From the IMG/VR virus record IMGVR_UViG_3300046524_000073: a stretch of DNA of 64,000 nt; one strand, given 5' to 3'. Position 1 is the stretch's first letter, and every line of letters starts with the position of its first letter. The position numbers and the translations under genes are program-made. The stretch comes from an uncultured virus (IMG/VR IMGVR_UViG_3300046524_000073). Its lineage: Duplodnaviria; Heunggongvirae; Uroviricota; Caudoviricetes. Below, piece by piece: positions 54,510 to 62,855 of this stretch. The notes beneath the pieces were generated by a model. That model ran no database searches, had not been told where the DNA came from, and saw nothing but the letters and a program-made list of their open reading frames with translations.

Positions 54510-54815
54510 CTACAGCGTTTTCTTTGCTTCTTTCGTCTTGCGACTCGCACCGCCCGTAATGCGGGCCGGCGAACACAAAACCTCGCGCATCGTCTTCCAG
54601 TCGATGTCCGGATTAAGGTCTTCGCACCGAACTCCTGTAACCTTCTCAATCAGAACGCATCGCTCGAGCGGAACACCCCGCGTCATCCAGTTGGCAATCG
54701 TCTGAGACTTAGTGCCCTCGCCAAGCAACTCGGCGAGCTTCGTGAGTCCGCCAGCCTTCTCGATCGCATCGCGAAGGGCTGGGGCGCCGGGGTGTGGGTT
54801 CGGTGTCTTCATCAT
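54510..54815 (-). CDS. cro: Cro-like repressor (YdaS-type HTH)
   Basis: AI..AGG..KLAE.LG...Q.I.NW..RGVP...IE..TGV....L.PD. Confidence 0.85.
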   Translation of the reverse strand: MMKTPNPHPGAPALRDAIEKAGGLTKLAELLGEGTKSQTIANWMTRGVPLERCVLIEKVTGVRCEDLNPDIDWKTMREVLCSPARITGGASRKTKEAKKTL

Positions 54816-54822
54816 GCTCACA

Positions 54823-54904
54823 AAGATACACGCAATGTGAGTTGTGCGCAATCATTTTGTGAGTTCACGTTGTGAGTCACAACACGTGTGTGAACGGGTA
54901 CCCT
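54823..54904. promoter_or_regulatory. OR region: pR, pRM-like -10 and operator half-sites
   Basis: Minus-strand TTGCGC (54846-51)-17 nt-TATCTT (54823-28); GTGAGT at 54837, 54859, 54872; TACCCT at 54899-54904. Confidence 0.7.
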
Positions 54905-54910
54905 TCGCCC

Positions 54911-55654
54911 ATGGAAACAACGAATATTCCGTGGCACGTTATCCAGCAGAAGCTGGACACGCTCACCAAGAACCAGGCATGGCTGGCGCTCCAGTTAAGG
55001 ACCGGAACTAACACGATCACCAATTGGAAGAAGAGGGGTGGCGCGCCGCTGGCGCGGGTGCGTGAAATAGCCGAAGCGCTGCAGTGCAGCACAGATGAAC
55101 TGCTTTCGGCTGCCGCGCAACCAACTCACATTTCAGTGGCTGCTGATGGGCCAATAAAGCGGCAAATCTCAGGCATGATTACCGATTCGCTCCAGATAGT
55201 GGGCGATATCATCGGTACGAATAACACTGAGCCAGGACCAGAAGGAACGGGACCATATCCCCTTATCTCGTGGGTTCAGGCTGGAGCCTGGGAACGAATT
55301 GTGGATAATTTTGCGCCGGGAGACGCGGAGCAGTGGATCGAGGCACCTGTAAAGGTCTCGAAGAGCTCCTACTGGCTGCGGGTATGCGGCGAGAGCATGT
55401 ATGACCCAATGGGGAAGCGCTCATTCAAAGATGGCGATTTGGTTCTGGTCGAACCTCACGCATATGCGGAGAATGGATCTCTTGTAGTAGTGCGCCTGGA
55501 TGACGAGTCTGAGGCCACGTTCAAACAACTCATCATTGAGGGAGGGCGAAAGTTCCTCAAGGCCCTGAATCCGAACTGGCCGAATCGTATCTTTGAGGTC
55601 AACGGCAACGCCACAATCTGCGGCGTCATCAAAGCCAAGACCGAGGTCTACTAG
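54911..55654 (+). CDS. cI: CI-like repressor (HTH plus S24 peptidase)
   Basis: NQAWLA...ITNW..RG HTH; VQAG cleavage site; GESM Ser; TFKQL Lys. Confidence 0.93.
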   Translation: METTNIPWHVIQQKLDTLTKNQAWLALQLRTGTNTITNWKKRGGAPLARVREIAEALQCSTDELLSAAAQPTHISVAADGPIKRQISGMITDSLQIVGDIIGTNNTEPGPEGTGPYPLISWVQAGAWERIVDNFAPGDAEQWIEAPVKVSKSSYWLRVCGESMYDPMGKRSFKDGDLVLVEPHAYAENGSLVVVRLDDESEATFKQLIIEGGRKFLKALNPNWPNRIFEVNGNATICGVIKAKTEVY

Positions 55655-55673
55655 GCCGCCAGCCTCCCGGAAA

Positions 55674-55801
55674 ACTCACGCAGTTTGTATATAGCCCGCC
55701 ACCGAGCGGGCTTTTTTGCGTCTGTACAACACATACTCACAAACCCCTACAAACAAAAACTCACAAAACGTTTGACATCAAACTCACACGACGTGTACTA
55801 T
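55674..55801 (+). promoter_or_regulatory. OL operators and pL promoter
   Basis: TTGACA (55772-77)-18 nt-TACTAT (55796-801); ACTCAC at 55674, 55735, 55759, 55782. Confidence 0.8.
55693..55717 (+). terminator. Terminator after cI
   Basis: AGCCCGC/GCGGGCT plus T-tract. Confidence 0.8.
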
Positions 55802-55851
55802 TCATCCATGGAAGCAAGCAACACCGCACCAACCACTAACCGGAGAGCGAG

Positions 55852-56079
55852 ATGAGCCAGAACGCACGTACGCAGGGGATCGCAGCATTCAATGATGTAG
55901 CGAAGCCGGTGTACCAGAATCCGTACGCTTTCTCTGCAGACCCGAATTCCGACTATGAGCAGTTTCGCCTTGGATATTTCGTGGCGCGGCACGAAGGCCA
56001 TCAAAGCGTTATCCAAAACATGCGCGGCGCGGAACTGCCAGCCGGATACATCAAAGGGTCGCAGCGTTACACCGCATAA
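55852..56079 (+). CDS. First pL gene, hypothetical
   Basis: GGAG RBS; NPY motif. Confidence 0.7.
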   Translation: MSQNARTQGIAAFNDVAKPVYQNPYAFSADPNSDYEQFRLGYFVARHEGHQSVIQNMRGAELPAGYIKGSQRYTA

Positions 56080-56120
56080 AGCTCAAAACCGCCGCAGAGC
56101 ACCGCGGCAACAGGAAGGAA

Positions 56121-56223
56121 GGTCGAAACCCGGGCCAAACCTAGTGCATGAGTGCACACGCTATAGGCGAGTACCTAACAGTACGCACCCGGGTCTGAGC
56201 GTAACGCGCTCACTGACGAGACC
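56121..56223 (+). ncRNA. Type II hammerhead ribozyme
   Basis: GGTC-GAAA-CCCGGG...CCCGGG-TC-TGAGCG-TAACG-CGCTCA-CTGACGA-GACC: complete core and three stems. Confidence 0.88.
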
Positions 56224-56278
56224 GTGAATAACCGCAGTAGAGGAACACAGGCGCACGGCGTCGCCTGGTGGGGCAAGA

Positions 56279-56290
56279 GATCTTTAACAA
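56279..56290 (+). promoter_or_regulatory. boxA-like antitermination element
   Basis: GATCTTTAACAA versus consensus GCTCTTTAACAA; early in the pL transcript. Confidence 0.6.
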
Positions 56291-56291
56291 C

Positions 56292-56600
56292 GTAGTGGTT
56301 TGAGTTTGATCAGAGCTGGCGGCTTGTGTCCGTACGCGGAACATGACGAGCAGTTGGCCATGATAGTCGCCAGCCCTGATCACATTCGAACCACTGCAAC
56401 AGAAGGCATACCAGTAATGGCGGGGCCAACGCGCTACCCCGGAAAAGATCGGCGCCTATCAAGCCGTGGTGGTTCGGCTAGTGATCCACGGTGAGATTGA
56501 TAGTGCATCCATACCGAGAGCCGACCGCGTCGGGTGTAACTCGGGTGGATGCACATGCTTCACCAGTGCGCATTTGAAGAGTGCGCAGTGGCGTGGCATT
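56292..56600 (+). ncRNA. Array of long stem-loops (possible RNase III sites/structured RNA)
   Basis: 31-bp interrupted stem at 56292-56397; further stems CTATCAA/TTGATAG, GTGCATCCA/TGGATGCAC, TGCGCA/TGCGCA. Confidence 0.6.
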
Positions 56601-56621
56601 AACTAAAGGACGGAACATCTG

Positions 56622-57095
56622 ATGCTCACTGCCGAGAGACTGCGCGAGGTAATTGACTACGACCCGGAGAGGGGAGTTCTTATCTGGAAAAAATCGGGCA
56701 ACGTTGCCGGCTATGTCGGGAAAGAAGGTTATCGAAATGTGTGTGTCGATGGTCGTATGTACCGAGAGCACAGACTCGCGTGGCTTCATGCAACAGGGAG
56801 TTGGCCCAAACAGAGCCTCGACCACATCAACGGGTCGCGGGCCGACAACAGATTAACCAATCTGCGCGAAGCGTCTGGAATGCAAAACGCTAAAAACATG
56901 AAGCGGCCCGTCACAAACACGTCTGGACTTAAAGGTGCTAGTTGGCACAAGCGTTCAGGAAAGTGGCAGGCGGCCATCATGTGCGATCGGAAACTAAAGC
57001 ATCTCGGGTTATTTGAGACTGCGGAAGAAGCGCACGCTGCCTATTGTGAGGCCGCATCAAGGCTGCACGGAGATTTTGCCTGCCTTGATCGCTGA
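56622..57095 (+). CDS. HNH endonuclease with AP2 domain
   Basis: HRLAW...WP...DHING.R.DN...NLR; SG.KG.SW...LG.F.TAEEA. Confidence 0.9.
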   Translation: MLTAERLREVIDYDPERGVLIWKKSGNVAGYVGKEGYRNVCVDGRMYREHRLAWLHATGSWPKQSLDHINGSRADNRLTNLREASGMQNAKNMKRPVTNTSGLKGASWHKRSGKWQAAIMCDRKLKHLGLFETAEEAHAAYCEAASRLHGDFACLDR

Positions 57096-57105
57096 GAGTT
57101 GCAAC

Positions 57106-57215
57106 GCTGGATGTTGAGAGGATGGGAATGCGCGAGTGGTGATCGCGTACTCGGCTAGTTGTCGATGTCCCGAAGCTGGAAATTCACCCCCAGCCCCATC
57201 CCTTGAACACCCAGC
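57106..57215 (+). ncRNA. tRNA-shaped four-way RNA with complementary (kissing) loops
   Basis: GGATGGG/CCCATCC closing stem, three hairpins, loop GGTGA complementary to loop TCACC. Confidence 0.55.
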
Positions 57216-57323
57216 ACGATTCTCCTTGCATCTGCCGATTCTCGCGAGTCGGTAGCGGCGAGGGGTATCTAGTATCAACACAGATTAGTACTGCTACGCG
57301 CTGCGGCGCACAAAGGAACTGGA

Positions 57324-58028
57324 ATGGGATGCGACATTCACCTGTACGTTGAAAAGAGAATCGATGGTAAGTGGATCGCTCAAGGCACGTTCACCCGCGA
57401 AGACGTCGAATCTGATGGCTCTGGCGGCTGGATCGATGGTGGGCAAGACATCTACGACGGGCGGAACTATGACCTCTTCGCAATTCTCGCCGACGTGCGG
57501 AACGGTCGCGGATTCGCTGGCGTAAAGACTGGCGAGGGATTCAACCCGATTTCTGAGCCGAGGGGTATCCCCGAAGACGCCAGCGAACAGTACAAAGAGA
57601 TCGCCCAACGCTGGGATTGCGACGGCCACTCCCACTCGTATTTCACCGTCCGCGAGTTGCTTGACTACGACTGGACTCAGGAAACCGGGAAACAGGGCTG
57701 GCTCAGCATAGCCGAGTGGGAGAAATGGTCTCGATGGGATAGAGAGCGCGGCCTCGGTCCGGATTCGTGGTACGGCTTTATCGACGGCGGAGGAGTCAAG
57801 CATATCTCCACAGAGGATGCCGATGCGCTGTTCAAGGGTGTCGGTTGGTCGGATCGCGACACGGTTGTCGCCAAACACCCACAGACCTACGTGCAAGCCT
57901 CATGGGGAACACCGTATTACCGAGCAGCTGGCAACTTTATCGAAGAAACGTTGAGCAAATTGCTCAAGCTGGCCGGCGGAACGAAGGGTATCGATGACGT
58001 TCGGATCGTCTTCTTCTTCGACAACTGA
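57324..58028 (+). CDS. Phage hypothetical protein
   Basis: MGCDIH..VE...RNY.LFAILADVRN...PRG.P.D.S...HSHS...RIVFFFDN. Confidence 0.85.
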   Translation: MGCDIHLYVEKRIDGKWIAQGTFTREDVESDGSGGWIDGGQDIYDGRNYDLFAILADVRNGRGFAGVKTGEGFNPISEPRGIPEDASEQYKEIAQRWDCDGHSHSYFTVRELLDYDWTQETGKQGWLSIAEWEKWSRWDRERGLGPDSWYGFIDGGGVKHISTEDADALFKGVGWSDRDTVVAKHPQTYVQASWGTPYYRAAGNFIEETLSKLLKLAGGTKGIDDVRIVFFFDN

Positions 58029-58040
58029 TCGGAGGCTCAG

Positions 58041-58181
58041 ATGTTCTACAGCGACTACGGATTTCGATCCTATTCCGCCCGGATTTCGAACTACATCATC
58101 CGATTCGTTTCGCACTATGACGAGTACGTTAATTCTAGGCTTGTTCGGAGCGTGGATCTGAATGACGTCGTCTGGTGCTGA
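58041..58181 (+). CDS. Small hypothetical protein (46 aa)
   Basis: GGAGG RBS; translated by hand. Confidence 0.5.
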   Translation: MFYSDYGFRSYSARISNYIIRFVSHYDEYVNSRLVRSVDLNDVVWC

Positions 58182-58230
58182 CTCACAAACGCATCACGAA
58201 CCCACTTTGCGACTCATATACGAGGCAATC

Positions 58231-58371
58231 ATGAACATCTACCACTGGATAGCAGTCATCTTTCTCGCTGATTTGGCGCTCGCAATGACTGTGTTTCTAC
58301 CGTTCGTGCGTGGCGCGGACGAACGCCGCGGTGAGGCGCCGAAGCGGAAAACTAAGTTGGGGGTGCAGTGA
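58231..58371 (+). CDS. Small membrane peptide
   Basis: GAGG RBS; one TM segment and basic tail. Confidence 0.55.
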   Translation: MNIYHWIAVIFLADLALAMTVFLPFVRGADERRGEAPKRKTKLGVQ

Positions 58372-58625
58372 TGGACCAGAAGACGATAGTCATTTGGGAC
58401 CAAATCGGACAGGACGATATCAAGTTCGCAATTCTCGACGGCGATTACAGCGAACTGGATGGCATCTACATCAACAACAGTCTTCAGGAGCCGGAAGACG
58501 TCAATCGCCTCTCTGATCTGATCTACGACGACAACGGACGAGAGATTGCGACGTTCGTCGACAAGTTCCCGGTCGATCTTGTGAAAGAGGGCGCGGTCGT
58601 CATCGTTGCGGGATTCCTGCCATGA
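58368..58625 (+). CDS. Acidic hypothetical protein
   Basis: Coupled overlaps. Confidence 0.7.
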   Translation: MMDQKTIVIWDQIGQDDIKFAILDGDYSELDGIYINNSLQEPEDVNRLSDLIYDDNGREIATFVDKFPVDLVKEGAVVIVAGFLP

Positions 58626-58753
58626 AAACTGAACTAGACGAGTGGATCGAATTCACTCGCGCATGGCTTGACGAGGAAACCCGCAAGCAACGTGAGGTCG
58701 ACGAGGCCGACTGGATTCGCTTCAGAGCGAAGGTGCTGGGGCCGTTTGATTGA
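58622..58753 (+). CDS. Small hypothetical protein (43 aa, MKTELDEWIEF...)
   Basis: ATGA overlap; translated by hand. Confidence 0.55.
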   Translation: MKTELDEWIEFTRAWLDEETRKQREVDEADWIRFRAKVLGPFD

Positions 58754-58779
58754 ATACTAAGCGACGGCCGCTCTTAGCT

Positions 58780-59185
58780 TCTATAAGCCGCAGCGGTGAG
58801 ACGCCGCAACGAACACAGCGCCCAGCCGAAGGTGGCCTCGAAACATCGGCAGATGCAGCGTTACGGGTTTGCCAGCAATGGCTCGCGATTGCATACCGCG
58901 GCTCCTTCCCCGGCTTCTGAAAATGCTTGGCGTGGTCCCCGTCTGTGCGGACTCGACTGTTCCTTGTCGCTAGTAAAGAAGTGCGTGATGCGTTTGACAG
59001 CCGGGAAAGACCGGCGCCCTGACGAGTAGCGGATTCCCACTGCAAGAACGCCGGATAACCGGGGACCGGCCCGCTACTCGCCAGGGCCAAAGCGGATGCC
59101 ATCTATTGATCCTGAGCCGTTATTGCGTAGCTAGCCGTAGGCGGAACAACTCAGGTGAAGGTGGATGCAGCGAGTAACCCTGACA
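58780..59185 (+). ncRNA. Structured non-coding region
   Basis: Multiple stems, including GCCCTGACGAGTAGCGG/CCGCTACTCGCCAGGGC and CCTGAG/CTCAGG; no credible ORF. Confidence 0.5.
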
Positions 59186-59202
59186 AACATTTCGGAGTCC
59201 AT

Positions 59203-59412
59203 ATGGGACAGCATGCAAACGCCCGTGCTTGGGCAGAGTACGAGCGCCTTGACCGTCTGAAGCAAGACGAGCAGCTAGAAAGTGATCCGCCGCTGACTGA
59301 GGAAGAAAAGGCTGCGGCATGGGATGACTCCTACTGGGAGCGGCTTGACGCTGCGGCGCGGTATGCGGGGGCGGGGCGGCATGTGTGGGGCGAGATGGGG
59401 AGGGCGGGATGA
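59203..59412 (+). CDS. Hypothetical protein
   Basis: GGAG RBS; ATGA overlap. Confidence 0.65.
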   Translation: MGQHANARAWAEYERLDRLKQDEQLESDPPLTEEEKAAAWDDSYWERLDAAARYAGAGRHVWGEMGRAG

Positions 59413-59642
59413 AGATCATTCAACTGGCTGTGGCGCTGAATAACGAAGGCGAAGAAAGCCTGTATGCGCTCTGCGATGACGGATCGGTATTGCAGCGGCG
59501 TTGGGCATCAAAACCGAGGGCAGTCGTTGGCCGTGCTCCAGGAACTACCTATATGGATGGCTGGACTGAGGGCTGGATTCCCGTCGACGCCGGTTGGTCG
59601 GTTGCCGTAAAGCACCCCGAAGATACCCGGAGCCAATCATGA
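59409..59642 (+). CDS. Hypothetical protein
   Basis: MKIIQLA...LYALCDDG. Confidence 0.7.
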   Translation: MKIIQLAVALNNEGEESLYALCDDGSVLQRRWASKPRAVVGRAPGTTYMDGWTEGWIPVDAGWSVAVKHPEDTRSQS

Positions 59643-59830
59643 GCGCGACATATTTCGAAGACGACGGCGTGACGGTAGTCATATCAGACATCGCACGCCA
59701 GAAGCTCGCCACCGAGCAGCGCGACATTCGCCACGATCAGCAGAGGGCGGAGATATTGACGTGGGGCCTGGCTATTTCGGTCGCAATCATTGCGGCGGTG
59801 GTTATTAAATATTTGATGGGGACGTCATGA
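59639..59830 (+). CDS. Small membrane protein
   Basis: C-terminal TM; ATGA overlaps. Confidence 0.65.
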   Translation: MSATYFEDDGVTVVISDIARQKLATEQRDIRHDQQRAEILTWGLAISVAIIAAVVIKYLMGTS

Positions 59831-60024
59831 GCTTTTCGCGAGACATACAGCACACGCAGTATCGGACACCGCGCTCCCTGAACGATGCCTTCGGGCCGTA
59901 TAGCACCTGGCGCGTAGAGCGCAGGAGTGAGGCGAAAGCGTGGGTCTGGGCGATTGGCTGCGGCATTGCGATTGGTGTTGTCTGGTGGCTGGCTGTGGCG
60001 CTGCGGGCTGGAGGTGGCGCATGA
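59827..60024 (+). CDS. Small membrane protein
   Basis: RTPRSL.DAFGPY plus C-terminal TM. Confidence 0.7.
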   Translation: MSFSRDIQHTQYRTPRSLNDAFGPYSTWRVERRSEAKAWVWAIGCGIAIGVVWWLAVALRAGGGA

Positions 60025-60305
60025 GCGATTACTCGAGGCATGTCACAAGCGCCGAAGTCTACGCCGTAATCATGGCTCGCCACCGCGACCAGATGGCCGC
60101 CTTCGCGACGTTCAGCGATCCAGACGGAACTTTCAACGGCGGTAGCGGAGCCGTTGGCCGGATGGACACAGTTTGGGGAATCGCCGGAAGCGACTATCCG
60201 ATTCTCGAAATTCAGACGCGCTGGGACATTGACCAAGAACAGCCGCACAGGCGCATCAACCAGACGCATTCGTATTTTCTGCTGATGGCAATCAAAGACG
60301 AATAA
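60021..60305 (+). CDS. Hypothetical protein
   Basis: GGAGG RBS; ATGA overlap. Confidence 0.7.
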   Translation: MSDYSRHVTSAEVYAVIMARHRDQMAAFATFSDPDGTFNGGSGAVGRMDTVWGIAGSDYPILEIQTRWDIDQEQPHRRINQTHSYFLLMAIKDE

Positions 60306-60315
60306 GGGGAAAGAC

Positions 60316-60618
60316 ATGAAGGCAACGATCAACGTACACGTACACGCGAAGCAGGTTCAGCGCTATAGCGCTGAGACACATTCCTTCGACGAAGCGATCG
60401 AATGGGAAGTGTATCCGTTTGACATGAGTCAATCCGGCAGCGACCGAGTCAACATCGGCGTGCAGGAACTGACGATCGAAGTCCCAGAGGGTTTTGATAT
60501 CCGAAACGGACTTGTTGGCAATTTGGAGCGCGAGAAAAAGCGCCTGATGGGCGAATTCCAAGCGCGCGTAACGGCCATCGACAATCAGATTCAGAAGTAT
60601 CTCGCGATCGAGGCATGA
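60316..60618 (+). CDS. Hypothetical protein
   Basis: C-terminal coiled coil ending LAIEA. Confidence 0.75.
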   Translation: MKATINVHVHAKQVQRYSAETHSFDEAIEWEVYPFDMSQSGSDRVNIGVQELTIEVPEGFDIRNGLVGNLEREKKRLMGEFQARVTAIDNQIQKYLAIEA

Positions 60619-60713
60619 CATGACCTCTGACGATGGGCCTGATTGGCGCCAGCAGCAGGAACAGGAGGAGCAGCAGCAATGGCTCGAATGGTACGAACTC
60701 TCCGGAGCACAAC

Positions 60714-61334
60714 GTGAAAACAAGCGAAAGTCAAACGAAGTTTGCGCCAGCCTTCCTAGCCGCGCAGCAGGCAATAACATTCGCGTCGAAGGATGCGACG
60801 AATCCCCATTTTAAAAACAAGTACGCAGACTTGCCCGCCGTGGTGGATGCGATCAAACCTGCGCTCAACGATGCGGGCATTTCATACATTCAATCGCCCA
60901 GCCCATCGGATGACGGCAAGTTGCATTTGACAACGCGCCTGCTGCACGAATCGGGCGAATGGCTCGAAGACACGCTGGTGATGCCGCTGCCCAAGCAAGA
61001 TCCGCAGGGCTATGGCAGCGCAATGACCTATGCGCGCCGTTACGCACTTGCCGCCATTACGGGGTTGTATCAGGACGACGACGACGGCAATGCGGGTTCC
61101 GGGGTCGTAGATCGCCCTGCGTCGAACAAGCAAAGCGGCGCGTCACGGGTGGGCGGAAAAAAGAACGGTAGCGAGCCTGAAGATCCGGTTGATATGGCGA
61201 TTGTCGAGCAGATGAACGGAGCCGACTCAGTGCCGGAGCTGGTCAAGATCATGAACGGTCTGACCAAGGAGCAGAAGGCAGTTGTGAATGAGACATTCAA
61301 TCGCCGCATGGGCGAACTGAAAAAGGCGGCGTAA
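60714..61334 (+). CDS. ERF-family single-strand annealing protein
   Basis: [15 protein letters not shown]...HESGEW...[13 protein letters not shown]...DDDGN; GTG start with GGAG RBS. Confidence 0.9.
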   Translation: MKTSESQTKFAPAFLAAQQAITFASKDATNPHFKNKYADLPAVVDAIKPALNDAGISYIQSPSPSDDGKLHLTTRLLHESGEWLEDTLVMPLPKQDPQGYGSAMTYARRYALAAITGLYQDDDDGNAGSGVVDRPASNKQSGASRVGGKKNGSEPEDPVDMAIVEQMNGADSVPELVKIMNGLTKEQKAVVNETFNRRMGELKKAA

Positions 61335-61675
61335 TGGCATCGATCAACAAGGTAATTCTCGTCGGTAATGTCGGGGCAGACCCGGAAACTCGATACGCAT
61401 CAAGTGGAGACGCAATCACGAATCTCCGGCTGGCTACATCCGACAAGTTCAAGGACAAGACGACCGGCGAGCCGAAGGAGGTGACTGAGTGGCACCGGGT
61501 GGCGTTCTTCGGGAAGCTCGCCGAGATTGTCGCGGAGCATGTCAAGAAAGGCTCTTCGCTGTACATCGAGGGCCGCATTCGCACCCGTAAGTGGCAGGGC
61601 AGCGATGGCCAAGACAAGTACTCTACTGAAATTATCGCCGATGTGATGCAGATGTTAGGAGGCAAACAATCATGA
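61334..61675 (+). CDS. ssb: Single-stranded DNA-binding protein (short)
   Basis: [14 protein letters not shown]...TEWHRV...YIEG.I.TRKW. Confidence 0.93.
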   Translation: MASINKVILVGNVGADPETRYASSGDAITNLRLATSDKFKDKTTGEPKEVTEWHRVAFFGKLAEIVAEHVKKGSSLYIEGRIRTRKWQGSDGQDKYSTEIIADVMQMLGGKQS

Positions 61676-62172
61676 GCCCGAGTCTATTCGCGATCGCTGG
61701 CGAGTATCGTCAGCAACTCGACCAGCTTGAACAGATGGGGCTGGACGAGCAGACGTTTCAAGATACGTTAGAGTCGATTAGCGGCAGCATTGAGGAAAAG
61801 TCGATCAATGTCGCGATGTTTGTCCGTAATCTGGAGGCTAGCGCGGCAGCCATTGATACTCAGATTGAGTCGATGGAAGAGAGATCCAAGGCGATCCGGA
61901 AGAAGGCCGACCATGTGAAAGATTATCTGCGCGCCAACATGGAGCATGCGAAGCTTCAGAAGATCGAATCGCCATTCTTTGTTCTATCGATCAGGAAGAA
62001 TCCGGCCTCGCTCGTTCTGGATGACGAGTCCAAGGTGCCGACGTCGTTCCTGAAGACTCCGGAGCCACCCCCGCCGATGCTGGACAAGGCGAAGATCAAG
62101 GAGGCTATCAAGAATGGCCACGTTGTGCCGGGCGCCCATCTTGAAACGAAGACCCGGCTGGAGATCAAATGA
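61672..62172 (+). CDS. Siphovirus Gp157-like protein
   Basis: DTLESI...EEK...IRKNP.S...DK..IK.A.K.G..VPGA.L. Confidence 0.85.
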   Translation: MSPSLFAIAGEYRQQLDQLEQMGLDEQTFQDTLESISGSIEEKSINVAMFVRNLEASAAAIDTQIESMEERSKAIRKKADHVKDYLRANMEHAKLQKIESPFFVLSIRKNPASLVLDDESKVPTSFLKTPEPPPPMLDKAKIKEAIKNGHVVPGAHLETKTRLEIK

Positions 62173-62855
62173 GCGCTTACATTTTCGATACGGAAACGAC
62201 CAGCGCCGACGATCCTCAATTGATCGAGGCCGCATGGTTGCTATTGAGCGGTGACCTTAACGACAGCGCGCCACGGAATTCATTTCTCCAGCGTTATCAG
62301 CCGACGAAAGCAATCAGCTTTGGCGCGATGGCAGTTCACCATATCCTGCCGTCCGACCTGGCGGATTGTGCACCCAACGCGGAATTCCGCCTGCCCATCG
62401 ATATGCAATACATGATCGGGCACAAGGTGGACTTCGATTGGGAAGTCGTCGGGTCACTCAACGTTAAGCGTATCTGCACACTGGCAATGGCTCGGCGCGT
62501 ATGGCCGCAGGCGGAGTCGCATACGCTGGGAGCACTGAGCTACATGCTATCCGATAACCTGGAGGCAGTTCGATTGGAATTGCGCGATGCGCACAACGCG
62601 TTGGCCGACTGTTATCTATGCGCTCGCGTTTTATATGCAGTAATCGATCATTGCGGCGAAGACCTGATGACCTGGGAAGACGTCTATCAGTTCTCGGAGA
62701 AAGCGCGTGTGCCGACACACATGGCGTTTGGCAAGCACGCCGGCAGGCCGATCGCCGATGTGCCATATGACTACCGAGCATGGTACGCGCGCCAACCCGA
62801 TCCCGATCCATATCTGCTGCGCGCCTTCGGCCTGCCCGTACCTACCGTCGCCTGA
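62169..62855 (+). CDS. DnaQ/ExoX-like 3'-5' exonuclease
   Basis: DTETT, GH..DFD, HNALAD; C-terminal FGKH.G...DVP..Y..W. Confidence 0.88.
   Translation: MSAYIFDTETTSADDPQLIEAAWLLLSGDLNDSAPRNSFLQRYQPTKAISFGAMAVHHILPSDLADCAPNAEFRLPIDMQYMIGHKVDFDWEVVGSLNVKRICTLAMARRVWPQAESHTLGALSYMLSDNLEAVRLELRDAHNALADCYLCARVLYAVIDHCGEDLMTWEDVYQFSEKARVPTHMAFGKHAGRPIADVPYDYRAWYARQPDPDPYLLRAFGLPVPTVA

Noticed and set aside
58870..58980. HDV-like/theta ribozyme (TCCCCGT loop-like segment)
   Set aside because: P1, P2 and P3 would need mostly G-U pairs; not supportable by eye.
59019..59080. Second hammerhead (CTGACGA at 59019)
   Set aside because: The stem after CTGACGA closes onto TCG, not GAAA; the motif is part of an ordinary long stem.
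60620..60713. MTSDDGPDWRQQQEQEEQQQW ORF and N-terminal extension of ERF
   Set aside because: The 64-aa frame overlaps ERF by about 100 nt, and the ERF extension is not protein-like; it may be a remnant but cannot be supported as a gene.
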